Source: Candidatus Bathyarchaeia archaeon (GTDB lineage Archaea > Thermoproteota > Bathyarchaeia > Bathyarchaeales > Bathycorpusculaceae). From it: DNA of 64,000 nt. The position numbers were made by a program, and so were the translations under genes. The stretch is taken from the NCBI GenBank assembly GCA_049521795.1, contig JBEKOM010000001.1:512001-576000 (forward strand), in the 5' to 3' direction. How positions within the stretch are numbered: the stretch's first letter is position 1; each line of letters opens with the position of its first letter. Shown piece by piece: positions 10,545 to 20,479 of this stretch. The notes under the pieces were generated by a model. It saw only the letters and a program-made list of their open reading frames with translations, did not search any database and was not told the DNA's origin.

Positions 10545-10660
10545 TTTTTTCACCTCCCAACAATAGGATGGGTAGAGTGAGAGCAGCTTAGAAATCTTTA
10601 AGGATTATCATTCGTCAGTTGTCGAGAACCAAGCCTGAGGACATGTTTCCCTCAGATTTT

Positions 10661-11632
10661 TCAGGGAGTTTCTTTCACGATTCTTCCCGTCAAAGAGGCT
10701 ACAGGCTTCTTGACTTCCGGCGTTAAATAAGCCCAGCACATGTTCGGTGAGTTGTGCGCCGCTCCAAATCTTCCTTGCATGTCGATAGCAGCCAGTCCCA
10801 TGGCATTGTATCCTGTTGGTAGTCTTTTGTTCACCAATTTTATCGCGAGCTCAACGGCTTCCTCCCCCGACTTTCCACCTTCCATGTGGTTGCAAACAGT
10901 CTTCGCCAGAACAAGCCGCATAGCTATTTCGCCGACACCTGTGGCTGAACAGGCACCTGCTTGGTTGTCCGCGTAAGTGCCGCATCCGATTATCGGAGAA
11001 TCGCCGATTCTTCCAGGGAGCTTCAGCGGAAAACCTCCCGTTGAAGTTGCTGCTGCCACGTTCCCGTTTTTGTCCAAGGCGACTGCGCCCACAGTTTCGA
11101 GGCAAAACAGTTCCGGATGCTTCTTGACCAGTTCGGCAAGTCTTGGAAGTTCAAACCTTCCTTCGAGCAGGGCTTTCTTCTGCTCTTCGTAATACCTCAA
11201 CCTGAGCTCAGTCACAGGGTTTCTTCTGGGAAGGTTGTGTAGCTTGGCAAGCTTCTCCGCTCCTTCACCGACAACGAACACGTGGTCAGTCTCTTCCATG
11301 ACTATTCTCGCTAAACGCACTGGGTTCTTGATGTCTCGCAAGAGTCCAGTAGCCCCAGCTTGGAGTGTTTTCCCATCCATGATCGATGCCTCCATCTCAA
11401 CCTGCTTGTCAATGTTAAGGCTTGAGCCGTAGCCCGCGTTGAATACTCCATGGTCTTCCATAGCGGCAACCGCCTCCATCACACTGTCAACCGCTTCTCC
11501 GCCGCTCTTCAAGACATCATAGCCAGCAATAGCAGCCTTCTTAACTCCGACAATGCCAGGCTGGCTGCGCTCAGGCTGCCAGTGCCCCGCGCCACCGTGA
11601 ACAACCATTATTGGTTTCGGCACTCTACTCAT
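10661..11632 (-). CDS. Isoaspartyl peptidase / plant-type L-asparaginase (Ntn hydrolase)
   Basis: VVHGGAG, FNAGYGS, ETVGAVA autoprocessing Thr, TSTGG, GRIGDSP. Confidence 0.93.
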   Translation of the reverse strand: MSRVPKPIMVVHGGAGHWQPERSQPGIVGVKKAAIAGYDVLKSGGEAVDSVMEAVAAMEDHGVFNAGYGSSLNIDKQVEMEASIMDGKTLQAGATGLLRDIKNPVRLARIVMEETDHVFVVGEGAEKLAKLHNLPRRNPVTELRLRYYEEQKKALLEGRFELPRLAELVKKHPELFCLETVGAVALDKNGNVAAATSTGGFPLKLPGRIGDSPIIGCGTYADNQAGACSATGVGEIAMRLVLAKTVCNHMEGGKSGEEAVELAIKLVNKRLPTGYNAMGLAAIDMQGRFGAAHNSPNMCWAYLTPEVKKPVASLTGRIVKETP

Positions 11633-11737
11633 CTTCCTTCCCCCTTAGGCTTGAATAGTTGACCTAATCGATCAGAATTTAAGCCTAATGCTGCAAACCG
11701 TCAAAATGATTAAATCGCTGACGCCGAACATTACTCT

Positions 11738-11802
11738 TGGGATGATGTGAGGCGACGGCTAGGAGCCTCTGGCGATGAAAAAGCCATTTACCGAACTGAC
11801 CA
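11738..11802 (+). ncRNA. Candidate box C/D guide sRNA
   Basis: Intergenic TGG-G-ATGATGT ... CTAG ... CGATGAA ... CTGA-CCA: C, D', C' and D-like boxes with short terminal stem and 10-16 nt guides. Confidence 0.45.
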
Positions 11803-11859
11803 CACATCAACTTGAAACAGTTAAATTTCTGCGAAACAACTGAGGCAGTGGTGCGAACA

Positions 11860-12384
11860 GTGCTCAAAGAATTCAACCTTCTGGCGACCACTTATCGAAG
11901 AGACGAGGGCCACGCTCGTTCTGAGTTGCGCTACCTGCTTGAACAGATAGGTGACAAAACCGCGGTTGTCGACAGAACAGGTGTTTCAGGGTTGATCGTC
12001 GCCAAGACAGCCCTCGACCCATACGACGCGATAAGAAGATTTCGCGAAATTCTGCAAGAGCGTCCGTACGAGTTTCGCTACATGCTGAGAGTGATTCCCA
12101 TAGAAAAGGTTGTGCAAACCGGTTTGGAGCAAATTCAAGACGCCGCCAAAGAACTTGGTTTGAAAGTAGCTGAGGGCGAGACTTTCAGAGTTAAGGTTGA
12201 GAAGCGTTTCACAGAAACACATTCCAGAGACATAATCGAAGCAGCTGCCGGGGTTATCAAAAGAAAAGTGAACTTGACCAAGCCTGACAAGATCCTGCTG
12301 GTCGAGGTTGTGGGTGGGCTGACAGGAGTGTCAATAGCAAAACCGGATGAGATCCTATCTGTCCTGAAGGAGAAAGTGCTCTAG
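11860..12384 (+). CDS. THUMP domain RNA-binding protein (Tan1-like)
   Basis: FNLLATT, LRVIPIE, ETFRVKVEKR, VNLTKPDKILLVEV; GTG at 11860 preferred over 11812. Confidence 0.85.
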   Translation: MLKEFNLLATTYRRDEGHARSELRYLLEQIGDKTAVVDRTGVSGLIVAKTALDPYDAIRRFREILQERPYEFRYMLRVIPIEKVVQTGLEQIQDAAKELGLKVAEGETFRVKVEKRFTETHSRDIIEAAAGVIKRKVNLTKPDKILLVEVVGGLTGVSIAKPDEILSVLKEKVL

Positions 12385-12385
12385 C

Positions 12386-12952
12386 CTAACGCTGAGTGGC
12401 CAACAAGGCCATCCTCTCAACGACAAGGTCGGTCATGGCTTTATTCACATCATTCTTTTCTATGACTGTTCTGAGCTCTGCCTCTGAAATATCGAAGACC
12501 TTTTGAATCGTTGCCACTTTGTCCTTTGACAGTTTAAGAACTCTCTCATCACTTTGACCGCCGATGTTCTTCGAAACCATTGAGAGGGCCGACTCCACTT
12601 TACGAGGTTCTTTTCCAATTATCAACACCGCGACGTCCGAGGAGGTCGCTGCGATTCCAACAAGCTCCACTGCCCTCGTTATCTGCCGTTCGGCTGCAGC
12701 GTACAGCAAAGTCTCCATAGCCAGACTCTTCGAAATGTTTTCCTTGTTTTTGAAAGCTGTGAGTGCGTTCAAGGCGGCAAAGTATAGGTGCTGCCACGTG
12801 GCAACGCGTCTCGCATCAAAGAATTGAACCTCAATACCCGCTGGTTTTGCCTTGCTGACCTTGTCCAAGAATTCTTTGGCTTGACTGATTTTCACGTTTT
12901 TAAAGCCGCATATCTCTGCATAAATCTTGAACTCTTCTATCCGCTTCAGCAC
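12386..12952 (-). CDS. cgi121: KEOPS complex subunit Cgi121
   Basis: QFFDA...HLYFAALNA...SKSLAMETLLYAAAERQITRA signature. Confidence 0.88.
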   Translation of the reverse strand: MLKRIEEFKIYAEICGFKNVKISQAKEFLDKVSKAKPAGIEVQFFDARRVATWQHLYFAALNALTAFKNKENISKSLAMETLLYAAAERQITRAVELVGIAATSSDVAVLIIGKEPRKVESALSMVSKNIGGQSDERVLKLSKDKVATIQKVFDISEAELRTVIEKNDVNKAMTDLVVERMALLATQR

Positions 12953-13569
12953 CTTTCTTCCTCAAGGATTTCCTTCAGGAACCTTTTGATCAGTGGGTCT
13001 GGTACGCCAGCTTTTCTGAGCTTTTCAGTTTCTTCTTCTACAGGTTTCCCGTTTTCATTGCATTCCTTGGTGATTTTGCGAATCGTTTCCTTCACTTCCC
13101 AAGGGAAGATTATCCAGTCACTGGTCTCCTTCGAGTGGTAGTCGGGTTTGACGGTGCTCCACGGTTTGCAGTACACCGTAGCTGTTCTCGCTTCTACAGC
13201 ACCTTGCTCGATAATGTGTTCCTTCACCAGCTTCAGAGTCTTCCCAGTGTCCGCAACCTCGTCTACAATCAACACTCTCTTTCCTGCAACCGCAACCGAT
13301 ATCGGTTGGGTCAATGCAGGTTCAGATTTTGTCTCTCCAACGCCAAGATAAAACTCGACTCTAACATTCGCGAGGTTCGGGTTGCTCAGCAAGTCAGACA
13401 GAACCCGCGCAGGAGGCCACCCTCCCCTTGAAACACCCACGATCATGTCTGGTTTGAAGCCGTCTTTTCTTATTGTGTCGGCCAAGTCTAGGAGCATGTC
13501 GTATATTTGATTCCAAGACGGAGCTTCAAACTTCAGTTTCAAGGACAAAACGTCTTCCTTTTGCTTCAT
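12946..13569 (-). CDS. Type I phosphoribosyltransferase (purine PRTase-like)
   Basis: VSRGG, VLIVDEVADTGKT PRPP-binding loop, WIIFPWE. Confidence 0.9.
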   Translation of the reverse strand: MKQKEDVLSLKLKFEAPSWNQIYDMLLDLADTIRKDGFKPDMIVGVSRGGWPPARVLSDLLSNPNLANVRVEFYLGVGETKSEPALTQPISVAVAGKRVLIVDEVADTGKTLKLVKEHIIEQGAVEARTATVYCKPWSTVKPDYHSKETSDWIIFPWEVKETIRKITKECNENGKPVEEETEKLRKAGVPDPLIKRFLKEILEEERC

Positions 13570-13618
13570 AGAGTCGGCTGAGACCTTATAAATCTAGAAG
13601 CCCAAGTGCGCCGCTTGG

Positions 13619-14050
13619 CTAGGAAATGTAGAATAGATCCTGTTTGCGCCCTTCCCCGATCTGTCTGATCAGCTCGTACTGAGCTTCTAAGAGTATCTTC
13701 AGCTTTTCAACATCGTTCTTGGCATCCTCAATTTCATTGGTCTTTTCAATAAGCTCCGATTTCTGAAGCTGCTCTCCGATTTTGGCGATTGATATTTGCA
13801 GAATCTTGACTTTGAAAGCGAACATCTGAAGAATGTACAGAAGGCTCAGCTCAGAAGACCACCTTTCCAACTGGTCGTACTCCAACGTTTTCATGAGCGA
13901 AGCCTGAACTTTCTGTGTTTCAGACGCTTTCCCAGACTTGAGTGTTGCATCGTAACTTTCTATCCTCTTTAAGGACGCACCTTTGTTCTCGTCAAATAGT
14001 TTCTGCGTTCTTGAGGCCGTTTTTCTCAATATCTCCAAGATTTCATCCAT
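13619..14050 (-). CDS. Hypothetical coiled-coil protein
   Basis: Helical K/E-rich ORF filling the gap; start at MDEILE inferred. Confidence 0.6.
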   Translation of the reverse strand: MDEILEILRKTASRTQKLFDENKGASLKRIESYDATLKSGKASETQKVQASLMKTLEYDQLERWSSELSLLYILQMFAFKVKILQISIAKIGEQLQKSELIEKTNEIEDAKNDVEKLKILLEAQYELIRQIGEGRKQDLFYIS

Positions 14051-14354
14051 AATGACTCCAACTCTGCCTTCGCTTCCACAAGGACACTTCACCGCATGCT
14101 TGACACGCGTTGTCTACACTATACTCAAAGCCTTTCTAAGGTTTTTCCTATCCGCCTCACTAATTTCGTATCGGTTTTTCACTTCGGTTCGCAGAGTATT
14201 ATTGCCGCCGAGGTGAATCACGTCTTCTGACCTAGACAATTCCGATCTTCGCGACGCATAAGTGTTCACTTTGAAAATCGCAAACAAAGACTGGGTGATC
14301 GCAAGAAGAGTCTGGCAATCTTAATTACCTCGTGTTGCGAGTTATTTTAAGCTG

Positions 14355-15284
14355 GTGAGATGGCGTTTGGAGATTGTCGAGTGTGTTCCGAATTTCAGCA
14401 CTTCAGACCCTAAGGTTGTAAAATCAATTCTCAACGAACTCAAGAAGACCAAGAACGCTTTCTTGCTTGACCAAACTTATGACGATCATTACAATCGTCT
14501 GGTAGTTTCATTCGTAGGGAGCAAGAAATCGGTTCTTGAAGCCGCGCTGAACATGTCCTTCAAGGCCGTGGAACTGATCGACATGCGGAAACAAAAGGGT
14601 CAGCATCCGAGAATCGGAGCCGTTGATGTTGTCCCGTTCATACCGTCAAAGAATGTGACGATGGAAGATTGTGTTAAACTTGCCAAAGAATTTGGGCAAA
14701 CTTTGGCCAAGAAATGTGGCTTGCCAGTTTACTTGTACGGTGAGGCCGCAGCTGCGCCTGAGCGGAAAGACCTGGATTGGATTCGCGAAGGCGACTATGA
14801 GAAACTTTCTGAAATGATTAGCAAGCCTAAGCGCAAGCCCGACTTTGGTCCATCAAAGCCTCATCGCACGGCTGGCGCCACGATAACGGGGGCCAGAAGG
14901 GTTATGGCCGGCTTCAACGTCAACGTGGGCACCTCGGACCTTAAAGTCGCCAAGAAGATCGCGAAGGCTCTGCACGCAACTAAGGGAGGCTTCACGAACG
15001 TTAAAGCTATGGCCGCGTCCCTTCCGGACAAGAACGTTACACAGATAGGCATGAGCATAAGCGATTTCGAGAAGACTCCTCTCTACCGCGTGTTCGAAGC
15101 GCTCAAGGTAGAGGCTGCACGCTACAACGTGCCAATAGTAGGCTCAGAATTCTGCGGTATGGCGCCCTTGAAAATCCTCATTGACGTGGCAGGATACTAC
15201 CTGAAAGTCGACAACCTCACGGAAGACCGCGTGCTGGAGATAGCCATTCAAGACGCCATTGAGAAAGGCGGTGCCTTTGAATAG
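14355..15284 (+). CDS. ftcd: Glutamate formimidoyltransferase (no fused cyclodeaminase domain)
   Basis: IVECVPNFS, GQHPRIGAVDVVPF, PDFGP..H.TAGAT..GAR. Confidence 0.92.
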   Translation: MRWRLEIVECVPNFSTSDPKVVKSILNELKKTKNAFLLDQTYDDHYNRLVVSFVGSKKSVLEAALNMSFKAVELIDMRKQKGQHPRIGAVDVVPFIPSKNVTMEDCVKLAKEFGQTLAKKCGLPVYLYGEAAAAPERKDLDWIREGDYEKLSEMISKPKRKPDFGPSKPHRTAGATITGARRVMAGFNVNVGTSDLKVAKKIAKALHATKGGFTNVKAMAASLPDKNVTQIGMSISDFEKTPLYRVFEALKVEAARYNVPIVGSEFCGMAPLKILIDVAGYYLKVDNLTEDRVLEIAIQDAIEKGGAFE

Positions 15285-16596
15285 AGCCGTCAGGTCAAAG
15301 GCAAAGGAAAAGGCAGACTTGCTCATTGTCAACGCTAACGAGCTAGTTACACTTGGAGGAAACAACCAGAAACCACGCATCGGTAAGCAGATGCTCGACC
15401 TCGGAATAGTGCGCAACGGTGCTCTAGCGGTTAAAGATGGAACAATTGCCGCAGTCGGAAGCACGTCCGAGATCGCTAAGGTTTACAAGGCTGAAAACGT
15501 CGTGAACGCCAATGGCAAAACAGTGTTGCCGGGCTTCATTGACCCACACACGCATCTTGTTTTTGCGGGTTCAAGAGAGGATGAGTTTCAGATGCGGGTC
15601 GAAGGGGTCCCGTACATGGAGATTCTGGACGCTGGCGGCGGCATCCTGAAGACTGTCAGAGAGACGCGGCGGGCAAGTGTGGAAAAGCTCGTTGAAAACG
15701 GCACTGAGACACTCAACGCAATGTTGGAGCACGGAACAACAACTGTGGAGGCTAAGAGCGGCTACGGGCTGACGACTAAGGACGAGTTAAAGATGCTGGA
15801 GGCCATCCAGCGTCTCAACGAGATGCACACGGTTGACTTGGTTCCAACTTTTCTCGGAGCACACGCCGTTCCTCCGGAATTTTCAAACAGTCCAGAAGAC
15901 TATGTGAGTCTGGTCATCAGCGAGATGATTCCGAAAGTGGCTGGGAAGGGGCTCGCAGAGTTCTGCGACGTTTTTTGCGAGCGAGGAGTCTTCACTCTTG
16001 ACCAGGCTAGGCGAATCTTGGTGGCGGGCAAGAACTCGGGCTTGAAGCCCAGGGTGCACGCTGACGAGATCAGTCTGCTTGGAGGGACAGAACTTGCGGC
16101 CAGCGTCGGAGCGGTCTCAGCGGACCACATGCTTTTTTCTTCAGACAAGGGCATCAAGGCCATGGCTGAGAAAGGAGTTTTGGCCACTTTGCTGCCTGCA
16201 GCGGCATTCAGTCTGATGAGCGGTCGTTACGCGGATGCTCGAAAAATGATCAACTCAGGCGTTCCCGTGGCTTTGGGCACCGATTTCAACCCAAGCTGCT
16301 GGGTTGAGAACCAACAGTTGGTCATCGCCTTCGCCTGTCACTTCATGAAGTTAACTCCGGCTGAAGCCATAACAGCGGCAACGATCAACGCTGCACACGC
16401 TGTTTGCAGAGCGGGCGAAATTGGAAGCCTAGAAGTCGGCAAGAAGGCCGACGTAATCGTTCTGAACGGGCCAAACCACAAGTTCCTCGGGTACCGCTTT
16501 GGCGTGAACTTGGTTGACAAAGTGATCAAGAACGGCAGGCTCGTTGTCGACAATGAAGCAAGTCGAAGCGATTTCCGCCTTTTAGAAGAACAGTAA
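15259..16596 (+). CDS. hutI: Imidazolonepropionase
   Basis: PGFIDPHTHLVFAG.R, EAKSGYGL, FCDVFCE, GTDFNP. Confidence 0.95.
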   Translation: MRKAVPLNRAVRSKAKEKADLLIVNANELVTLGGNNQKPRIGKQMLDLGIVRNGALAVKDGTIAAVGSTSEIAKVYKAENVVNANGKTVLPGFIDPHTHLVFAGSREDEFQMRVEGVPYMEILDAGGGILKTVRETRRASVEKLVENGTETLNAMLEHGTTTVEAKSGYGLTTKDELKMLEAIQRLNEMHTVDLVPTFLGAHAVPPEFSNSPEDYVSLVISEMIPKVAGKGLAEFCDVFCERGVFTLDQARRILVAGKNSGLKPRVHADEISLLGGTELAASVGAVSADHMLFSSDKGIKAMAEKGVLATLLPAAAFSLMSGRYADARKMINSGVPVALGTDFNPSCWVENQQLVIAFACHFMKLTPAEAITAATINAAHAVCRAGEIGSLEVGKKADVIVLNGPNHKFLGYRFGVNLVDKVIKNGRLVVDNEASRSDFRLLEEQ

Positions 16597-16681
16597 TTGT
16601 GGGCGTCCTCAGCCCCTTAGGGCTTTAGAGGACTGGGCAAAGAATTAAAGTGCGGTTACATATTTTGGAGACTGGTGAACC

Positions 16682-18343
16682 ATGTTGGCCAAGCTTAGTA
16701 GGCCTATTCGATGCCTGACTGGGCACGAGCTGCATTGCAAGAACTGGCAGATTGAAGGAGTTTTGCGGATGCTCTGCAACGTTCTTGACCCGGATGTGGC
16801 CAAAGATCCTGACAGGCTTATTGTTTACGGTGGAACCGGTCGGGCTGCTCGGAGCTGGGAGTGTTTCGATCGCATAGTCGAAACGTTAACCGAACTCGAA
16901 ACCGATGAAACGATGCTCATCCAAAGCGGCAAGCCTGTGGCAGTTTTCAAGACGCACGAGTGGGCTCCAAGGGCTCTGATAGTCAACGCTATGCTCGTGC
17001 CAAAGTGGGCCAACTGGGACTATTTCTACGAGTTAGAGCAGAAAGGCCTAATCATGTATGGACAGATGACCGCCGGCTCTTGGGCCTACATTGGAACGCA
17101 AGGCATCCTGCAGGGCACTTACGAAACCTTAGCGGAGGTCGCTAAGGAACACTTCGGCGGAAGCCTGCGCGGAAAGCTTGTGTTGACCGCAGGTCTGGGT
17201 GAGATGGGCGGAGCTCAGTCTCTGGCCGTCACGATGAACGACGGTGTTGCGCTCATCGTCGAAATAGACAAGCGGGCAATTGACCGCAGGCTCAAGTACG
17301 GATACTTGGAAACATGGACAGACAGCTTGGACGAAGCTGTGAACCTTGCCTTGGAAGCGAAGAAGCAGGGCGTTCCAAGAAGCATCGGCCTGCTGGGCAA
17401 CGCTGCGGAGGTGCATCCTGAACTTCTGAAACGAGGCATCATACCTGACGTCCTGACTGACCAGACTAGCGCGCATGACCCGCTGAACGGCTACTACCCT
17501 GCTGGTCTGAGCAAGGAAGATGCAGACGAGCTGCGAAAGAGCGACCCGAAAGAATACTGCCAACGTGCAAGTTCAAGCATGCGTCTTCAAGTTGAGACCA
17601 TGGTCAGAATGATGCTCAAAGGCGCTGTCACTTTTGATTACGGCAACAACCTGCGAGAACAAGCCAGCAAAGCCGGCTATAAAGACGCCTTCTCGTTCCC
17701 AGGTTTCGTGATGCGATACATAAGGCCCATGTTCTGCGAGGGCAAGGGCCCGTTCCGTTGGGCGTCACTCGTCGGTAGCGAAGACGACATCTACAAGCTC
17801 GATGACGTCATTCTGAAAGACTTCGCACACAACAAAGAATTGTGCCGCTGGATAAAAAAAGCCAAAGAACAGGTGAAGTTTCAAGGCTTACCAGCTCGGG
17901 TCTGCTGGCTCGGCTTCGGTGAACGAGCAAGGTTTGGAAAAACCATCAACACCATGGTCGCAAACGGAGACATCTCAGGACCCGTTTGGATAGGCCGCGA
18001 CCACTTGGACGGCGGAAGCGTGGCTTCACCGAACCGCGAGACAGAGGGCATGAAAGACGGCAGTGACGCAGTCGCAGATTGGCCTATACTGAACGCTTTG
18101 ATAAACGCTGTCGGCGGCGCCACGTGGGTAAGCGTACATCACGGCGGAGGCGTTGGAATAGGCTACAGCATCCACGCTGGCATGTGCTTGGTTGCGGATG
18201 GAACTAAGGAAATGGAGAAAAGATTAGTCACCGTTCTGACGACCGACCCAGGTTTGGCCATAGTTCGCCACGCAGACGCGGGCTACGAGAACGCGCAAAA
18301 GATAGCCAAAGAGAAAGGCATCAAGATGCCCATGCTTAAGTAG
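16682..18343 (+). CDS. hutU: Urocanate hydratase
   Basis: [49 protein letters not shown]. Confidence 0.97.
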   Translation: MLAKLSRPIRCLTGHELHCKNWQIEGVLRMLCNVLDPDVAKDPDRLIVYGGTGRAARSWECFDRIVETLTELETDETMLIQSGKPVAVFKTHEWAPRALIVNAMLVPKWANWDYFYELEQKGLIMYGQMTAGSWAYIGTQGILQGTYETLAEVAKEHFGGSLRGKLVLTAGLGEMGGAQSLAVTMNDGVALIVEIDKRAIDRRLKYGYLETWTDSLDEAVNLALEAKKQGVPRSIGLLGNAAEVHPELLKRGIIPDVLTDQTSAHDPLNGYYPAGLSKEDADELRKSDPKEYCQRASSSMRLQVETMVRMMLKGAVTFDYGNNLREQASKAGYKDAFSFPGFVMRYIRPMFCEGKGPFRWASLVGSEDDIYKLDDVILKDFAHNKELCRWIKKAKEQVKFQGLPARVCWLGFGERARFGKTINTMVANGDISGPVWIGRDHLDGGSVASPNRETEGMKDGSDAVADWPILNALINAVGGATWVSVHHGGGVGIGYSIHAGMCLVADGTKEMEKRLVTVLTTDPGLAIVRHADAGYENAQKIAKEKGIKMPMLK

Positions 18344-18397
18344 GGATGGTCTCAAGTTTGGGCAGTTCACAGTCTGCTGCGCTCTTCTGAAGAGAAT

Positions 18398-19456
18398 CTA
18401 TACTTTGACGATGTTGTATCCGGCAGCCTTGCGTAGCCTGTTCATAACGGCAAGTCCTAGTCCTTCAAGTGGCAGGCCCTCGGCGATGATCACGTCTACT
18501 TTTTCTAGGTCAAACTCTCTGAGAAGCCTGAAAAGGTTTCGAGCGACGGCGGGCAGATCGCTTCTGCTTCCGAGAGACTTTACCACGTCTGCATCGTAGC
18601 ACTGAATGGTCTCATCCGTGCAGAGAACGCCGACTGTGCTCCCTCTGCGCTTGCAGAGCTTCGTCAGCTCGACGACTTTTTCAACTATTGCGGGCAATTC
18701 TCCTTCGACAACCAAGACGTCTGCGTCAGGAGCATAATGCTTATGCTTGACCCCTGGCGAACGAGCCTTCTCAACGGGCAACGGCTTCTCAGCTGTGACA
18801 ACTGGATTGAGCTCTACTCTGCCAAGAGACTTCTTCAACAATTCAAAAGGCGTCCCGCCTGGACGCAGCACCTGAGGCGGGTTAACAGTCAAGTCCAGAA
18901 CAGTGGACTCCACTCCTATGTTTGTCGGCCCAGCATCCAAAACGACATCTATCCTACCGTCAAGGTCATCTAAAACATGCCTTGCCAACGTTGGACTCGG
19001 CTTTCCCGCGAGATTTGCGCTCGGCGCCGAAATTGGACAGTTGCTTTCCCTGATCAGGGCCAATGCAACATTGTGCCTCGGCATTCTTATCGCAACCGTG
19101 TCCAACCCAGCAACAGTCACGTCTGGCACAATCTTCGACCGCCTGAAAATCAACGTTAAGGGTCCAGGCCAGAACTCTCTCATCAGCTTCTCGCCGTCAG
19201 AGGAAACATCCTCAACCAACCTGCGAACATCCCTCACATGACCCACATGCACGATCGGAGGGTTATCAAGCGGACGCTTCTTCGCCTCAAAAAGAGCCAT
19301 AACAGCCTTCGCGTTCAAAGCATCCGCCCCAAGACCATACACGGTTTCAGTTGGAAAAGCCACTAACCCGCCTCTTCGAACCAAACCTGCCGCTACGCGA
19401 ACCTTTTCCATGTCGGGCTCTTGAGCGTCCACTTTGAGCGTTATAGTCTTCTTCAT
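18398..19456 (-). CDS. sua5: Threonylcarbamoyl-AMP synthase Sua5
   Basis: AFPTETVYGLGA, KKRPLDNP, APSANL.G.PSPT, SPG.KH.HYAP, C-terminal AVMNRL.KAA. Confidence 0.95.
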   Translation of the reverse strand: MKKTITLKVDAQEPDMEKVRVAAGLVRRGGLVAFPTETVYGLGADALNAKAVMALFEAKKRPLDNPPIVHVGHVRDVRRLVEDVSSDGEKLMREFWPGPLTLIFRRSKIVPDVTVAGLDTVAIRMPRHNVALALIRESNCPISAPSANLAGKPSPTLARHVLDDLDGRIDVVLDAGPTNIGVESTVLDLTVNPPQVLRPGGTPFELLKKSLGRVELNPVVTAEKPLPVEKARSPGVKHKHYAPDADVLVVEGELPAIVEKVVELTKLCKRRGSTVGVLCTDETIQCYDADVVKSLGSRSDLPAVARNLFRLLREFDLEKVDVIIAEGLPLEGLGLAVMNRLRKAAGYNIVKV

Positions 19457-19793
19457 CAAAACCATAAAGTGAAAACTGCACATTTAAACTTCTTTCAAAA
19501 AGAAACCTGAAAAGCCCAGGCACTTCTCTGCCATCTCAACGTCTGCATGAAGAACGCTGCCTGGCGAGGATGGGTCAACGCAACTCGCAACGCGTCCTTG
19601 AAGAAAACATTCAATGAACCATTGAGAACCTTGCCAAAGTCAAGCTCGCTGTTTGTTTTGTAAGCCGAAGGCATTCATGAAACCTCGACCATCAGCAAGG
19701 CCAAACCGTCGCTCAAATACATTCCGTTGGGGCATCCACTTTCTGATGAGCAAGCTTGAGCGCTTGATTTCTGGGCATGCGCGCTTTGGACAG

Positions 19794-20153
19794 CTACGGT
19801 TTTCGGAGGGCTTTTTGGATGGTTTCGTATGCTTGTCTCACATTTTGGCCGCTACTGATTATTGAGACTTCCTTGGTTGTTTCTGCCTCTCGGTATTGAA
19901 TGTAGAGGCCCTTGTTTAGGAAAAAGCCGAACTGTTCCATCGAAACTATGCTGGCGTACGTCACTTGGAAGCTGGCCTTGTCTTTGAAGAAAGGGAGGCT
20001 TCCTCTGTGTACTCCGTATATCCGCCTGTCTGTGAACACAACCCTTGTGATGTTTCTGGCTACGGGCGTGAAGAACTCTGGACGACTGAAGCATATTCTA
20101 ACGCCCATTGGACCGAAAGAGTAAAGCTCCTTTTCCTGTGGCTCACTGCTCAT
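19794..20153 (-). CDS. Hypothetical protein, possible PH/GRAM-like fold
   Basis: 119 aa; VVFTDRRIY...VTYASIVSME beta pattern with C-terminal helix. Confidence 0.55.
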   Translation of the reverse strand: MSSEPQEKELYSFGPMGVRICFSRPEFFTPVARNITRVVFTDRRIYGVHRGSLPFFKDKASFQVTYASIVSMEQFGFFLNKGLYIQYREAETTKEVSIISSGQNVRQAYETIQKALRKP

Positions 20154-20479
20154 GTTTTCCGTTCACCTGAAGTTTCGTTGAAACAAGGGTGTCATCGGTC
20201 TGTGTGCAGTGTTGAACTTAAGGTTTTTCTGGGCTCCGAAGTCCTAGCTCAGTTAGGGGAGTGTTCAGTTTCTCAGCCAATTCTCTGTCGTTCATCCTGG
20301 GTTCTCGATCAACTTGAAAAGGATGATTGTAAGAGGTAAGTCCGATCTGAGACTATTCTTGGCATCGGATCAAGTATGAGGGCTGTAGCGCGCGACTCTC
20401 GAAATGCCAAATCAGCCTACCACTAGATTAGGTCTCGTCGTCAAACCTGTATAAGCGCGCGCGAAAGGACTCGACAAGA

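Noticed and set aside
14177-14218. Stem-loop TTCACTTCGG...CCGAGGTGAA upstream of the hut operon
   Set aside because: A single hairpin with no family resemblance or second copy; insufficient support for an RNA element.
19500-19790. Possible sRNA in the gap upstream of sua5
   Set aside because: Only partial box-like words without a consistent C/D layout.
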